A DNA stretch of 64,000 bases, from the NCBI RefSeq assembly GCF_009914755.1, contig NC_060929.1; one strand, written 5' to 3'. Numbering within the stretch: the first letter of the stretch is position 1; each line of letters opens with the position of its first letter. Of the stretch, positions 60,781 to 64,000 are shown in pieces. The notes under the pieces were generated by a model that was not told where the DNA came from, searched no databases, and saw only the letters and a list, made by a program, of their open reading frames with translations. The stretch is from the human T2T-CHM13v2.0 reference genome, Homo sapiens. A program made the translations under genes and the position numbers.

Positions 60781-62799
60781 GTATACAATTGTATGAAAAC
60801 ATTAGCTGTTAAAATATTAGTATAAAAGTTTATGAAGAAAAATCTTTACTTTTTGAAACCATGTTATTTCTGAATGTTGCCTAGAAGCAGAGCCAGAGTG
60901 AAAGCAGGTGGCATTTGGTAGCCGTTAAGCAGACCAAGAAAGGGTGGGGTATTTTTGTATGGGAATGCGGAAGAGAGGTGAAGGTGTTGCTGCTCTAGAG
61001 TGGCCTAGGGTAGTCAGGGTCAAATATCCCCTTGGAAGCCTACACTTTCCATAGGGGAGTTTTGTTGAAAATACTGACATCAGTCCAGCCTTCCCTGTCA
61101 CTTCGTCTGCTGCATTCACCAACTCTAGTCAATATTTTAACAGCACAAACTTGAGTAGAGGTTTTTCCAGTTGATAAGAATAATTTTTCCAGCTATATAA
61201 CCAGTAAATAACTACAAGGTAAATTCTGTTTTTTACTGAACCTATCATAAAACAGACATAAGTCATTTATCACCTAATGCTACCATAAGCGCCAATGGAC
61301 CATATTAGCATTTGAGGCATCTCAGGTCCTCAGAATTAATATTAGCACATGGAATCCAGAATTTCTGACAAGCTCACCCATATTTCACTTTATTATAGAT
61401 TAAATTTAATTAATTTAGATGCATCCTTTTCTATCCTTTGTCTAGTGAGTTCAAAATTCATTCATATAATAAATTCTGTAGTTGATTGTGTTTATAAAAT
61501 GTGAAAATGTGAGTCTTTGCAATTTTTCAGTATTTTATTTTTCCTTTTCAGATTCTACTTGGAAGTCGTTTACTGGAACCCAGGTGATGCTGACTCTGTG
61601 GAGCTGGAGACAATGTGACATAATGCGGAAAGGCAAGAAAGGAATTTATTTTGCCTTTCAAAGTAATGCTCAAATGAGGCTGTAATAGGGTCTTCAGGCA
61701 AATAAAGAAACCATTTCAACAAGCAATTTTAGAGGGGGTGCTCTTCGGGCAAAGAAAACTTTATGAAAGCTATGGATTTGATGTACTCATATATGACTGC
61801 CTTCATATATCCCATTTAAATTTTCCAGTTGCTACTCATTCCAGGACAGGGACCAAACTTTTAAATAAGAAATTTCCTGATGAAGGCTTGTAATTTGGCA
61901 AACTGCAGACTCAAATTACCTATCTGAAATTTGAATTCAAGTAATTAGGCCATAAAGATAGAAATGTTTGATTATATCCTAGAATGTTTCCAGTCTAGTC
62001 AAAAGCATAGGCATTTGATCTTTTCATTATCTTTATTTGGTCTTTCTAGTGACATTAGAAGCAATATATGCCTGCCCACAGTTTTGGAATTACACATGTT
62101 GTTCATACTAGCGCAGAACATAAACTATTGTCCCCTAAGATATTAACTTTTAGAGGCTTTCTATTTTATAATTTCAGAGACAGTAATTTACTTTATAATT
62201 TCTTTTTTATTTCCATGGTTTACTTACTTTTCTTTCTTCAGTGGAAATTATTTATTTTACTTCTTTTAGTTCCAAGTAAGCAATGTAGCCAATTCCAGAT
62301 TTCATTTATTTCTCTGAAATGTTGTTGGTGTTTAACTCTTCTGGTACAAAAATTTCTAGGTTTCTTTGTTCTGAACAATAACTATTATCAGTTAAAATCA
62401 AAGCAAATTTATGTATTGAATCAAAAAGGAAAGCAGGGGAAATTATTAGAGTAAGAGAAAATGACACAACATTTGTTCAATTCCCTCATTGAGAATGGCA
62501 AGCTTAGGACACTGTTTCTGGTGCAGTCACCAGCAGGTGTTTGTCACTGTGCCACAGGGTCTCACAATTGCTACAGCCTTTTTATACATCCTAGAACTTA
62601 GTTTTACACCTATTTAATACTTCCTGCTGATTCAAATAGTTAAGCAGAATGATTTCAATTTGAATGTACCATTAGTTCATATGATCATGGCAGAATATCT
62701 GCTGCATTTTATTTCTATAAAGTTTGGGTTCTCCTTTCTATATATCTTGGTATTCTAAACAGGATGTTAAACTCTGTCCAGCCAAGAACATGATAAATG

Positions 62800-62935
62800 T
62801 ATAATACATATGAATATATGTATTATACATTTGAATATATAATATATAATTATACATTTTTGTATAATATATAATTATACATTTATACAAATATATAATT
62901 ATACATTTGAATATATAATACATATGAATATATAC
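62800..62935. repeat. AT-rich minisatellite (~25-bp unit containing ATATAATTATACATTT)
   Basis: Three to four imperfect units. Confidence 0.85.
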
Positions 62936-64000
62936 TTCAGGTTACATTTTCCAATTCATATCATCTTCTGTATCAATGTGAGATCAAAGATGTCTTATGA
63001 TGTCCAAAGATCATCACAGGCATAGTATGAAAGAAATAAGCATGTCTGCGATTTATCTTCCTTATTCAACCAAAGGTTGTAAATAAATGTCAAGGTAGCT
63101 CTCCTTTCGAAAGTTAATATTGATATTATGTCTTTATGATATCCTCAATTCAATCACAGACTAGTCCAGGAATAATGTTTCATGTGTCCCAACCCCTCCC
63201 TCTATGCAGATTAGCTTATAACCTTGAAACTTTTTAAGGTATGTTCCTAAAGTCTGCAGAATTAGGCTATTTAATCTTTTTCCCACACAGTACTTCTAAT
63301 TTGACCATGATCTGGCTGTTTCTAAATTTATTTTATTGCCCATTAGAACAAAGAGAAAGAGCTGTGATTAGTGATAACTATGGGTCATAAGAGGAAGAGG
63401 GAGAGAAGGGTGTCAAAAATTCTTTCCAATTGGGTAGTTTTCATGAAAACTTATGATTCTTAAATGCTGTCAGATATTTTAAATAAAGGTAACTAATGGT
63501 CATTTTGTAGGTATTTTTAAAATGTTAAACTGGAAGGTTCTGAATATCTCATTTTGAACAACAGCTTAATAAATAAGTCAAATCTTTTCAAAATGGTTTA
63601 AACTTTTAATCATATGATTGTTAATCTACTATAATAATCAGACATCTTTAAAATTCATTGCTATATCCTGCATCTATTTAATCATTTAAGTCATCTTGGC
63701 ATTAATAAGTATTGCTGAATGTAAAAATGCTAAAAATTAAATGCTATCTGGATTCCTAGTACTAATATGCCACAATTTTCCTAATCCATCTGGAGGGTTT
63801 TTAACTTCTATTTGACAATTATTACTTATTATGCCAACCAAACGTCCAAAAGAGGAAAATATCTTCAGATGAGATCATTGATGATAAATATCATCATTTA
63901 CTCTTAATTCTTCTCTAGACACCATTCATGACTTTTGTGCAATAGGATGTGTGTGTTGTTATGATATTCAACATTAACAAAACTGGAAGAGAATAGAGAA

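Overview
Primate (human-like), AT-rich, repeat-dense intergenic or deep-intronic DNA. I found no intact protein-coding gene. Most ORF-track entries are decayed L1 ORF1/ORF2 pieces, LTR/Alu read-through or low-complexity artefacts. The one gene-derived feature is a processed PDAP1 retrocopy (38381-39650) broken by a single +1 frameshift. It sits inside a ~14.7 kb nest built on an old L1MA, which also holds an L1PB tip, a full two-LTR MSTA element and a full-length L1PA. Other repeats: a 5'-intact L1PB, an internally deleted MSTA, solo MaLR LTRs, six Alus, MIR/L2/MER58 relics and a decayed ERVL pol fragment. The most unusual signal is a set of locus-specific rearrangement scars: a direct/inverted/direct triplication, an orphan L1PA 5' tip, a 165-bp fold-back, a perfect 43-bp palindrome, a 105-bp dispersed duplication and a templated 36-bp hairpin. 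I see no supportable evidence for a new biological system. Repeat subfamily names come from recalled consensus features, not from a RepeatMasker run.
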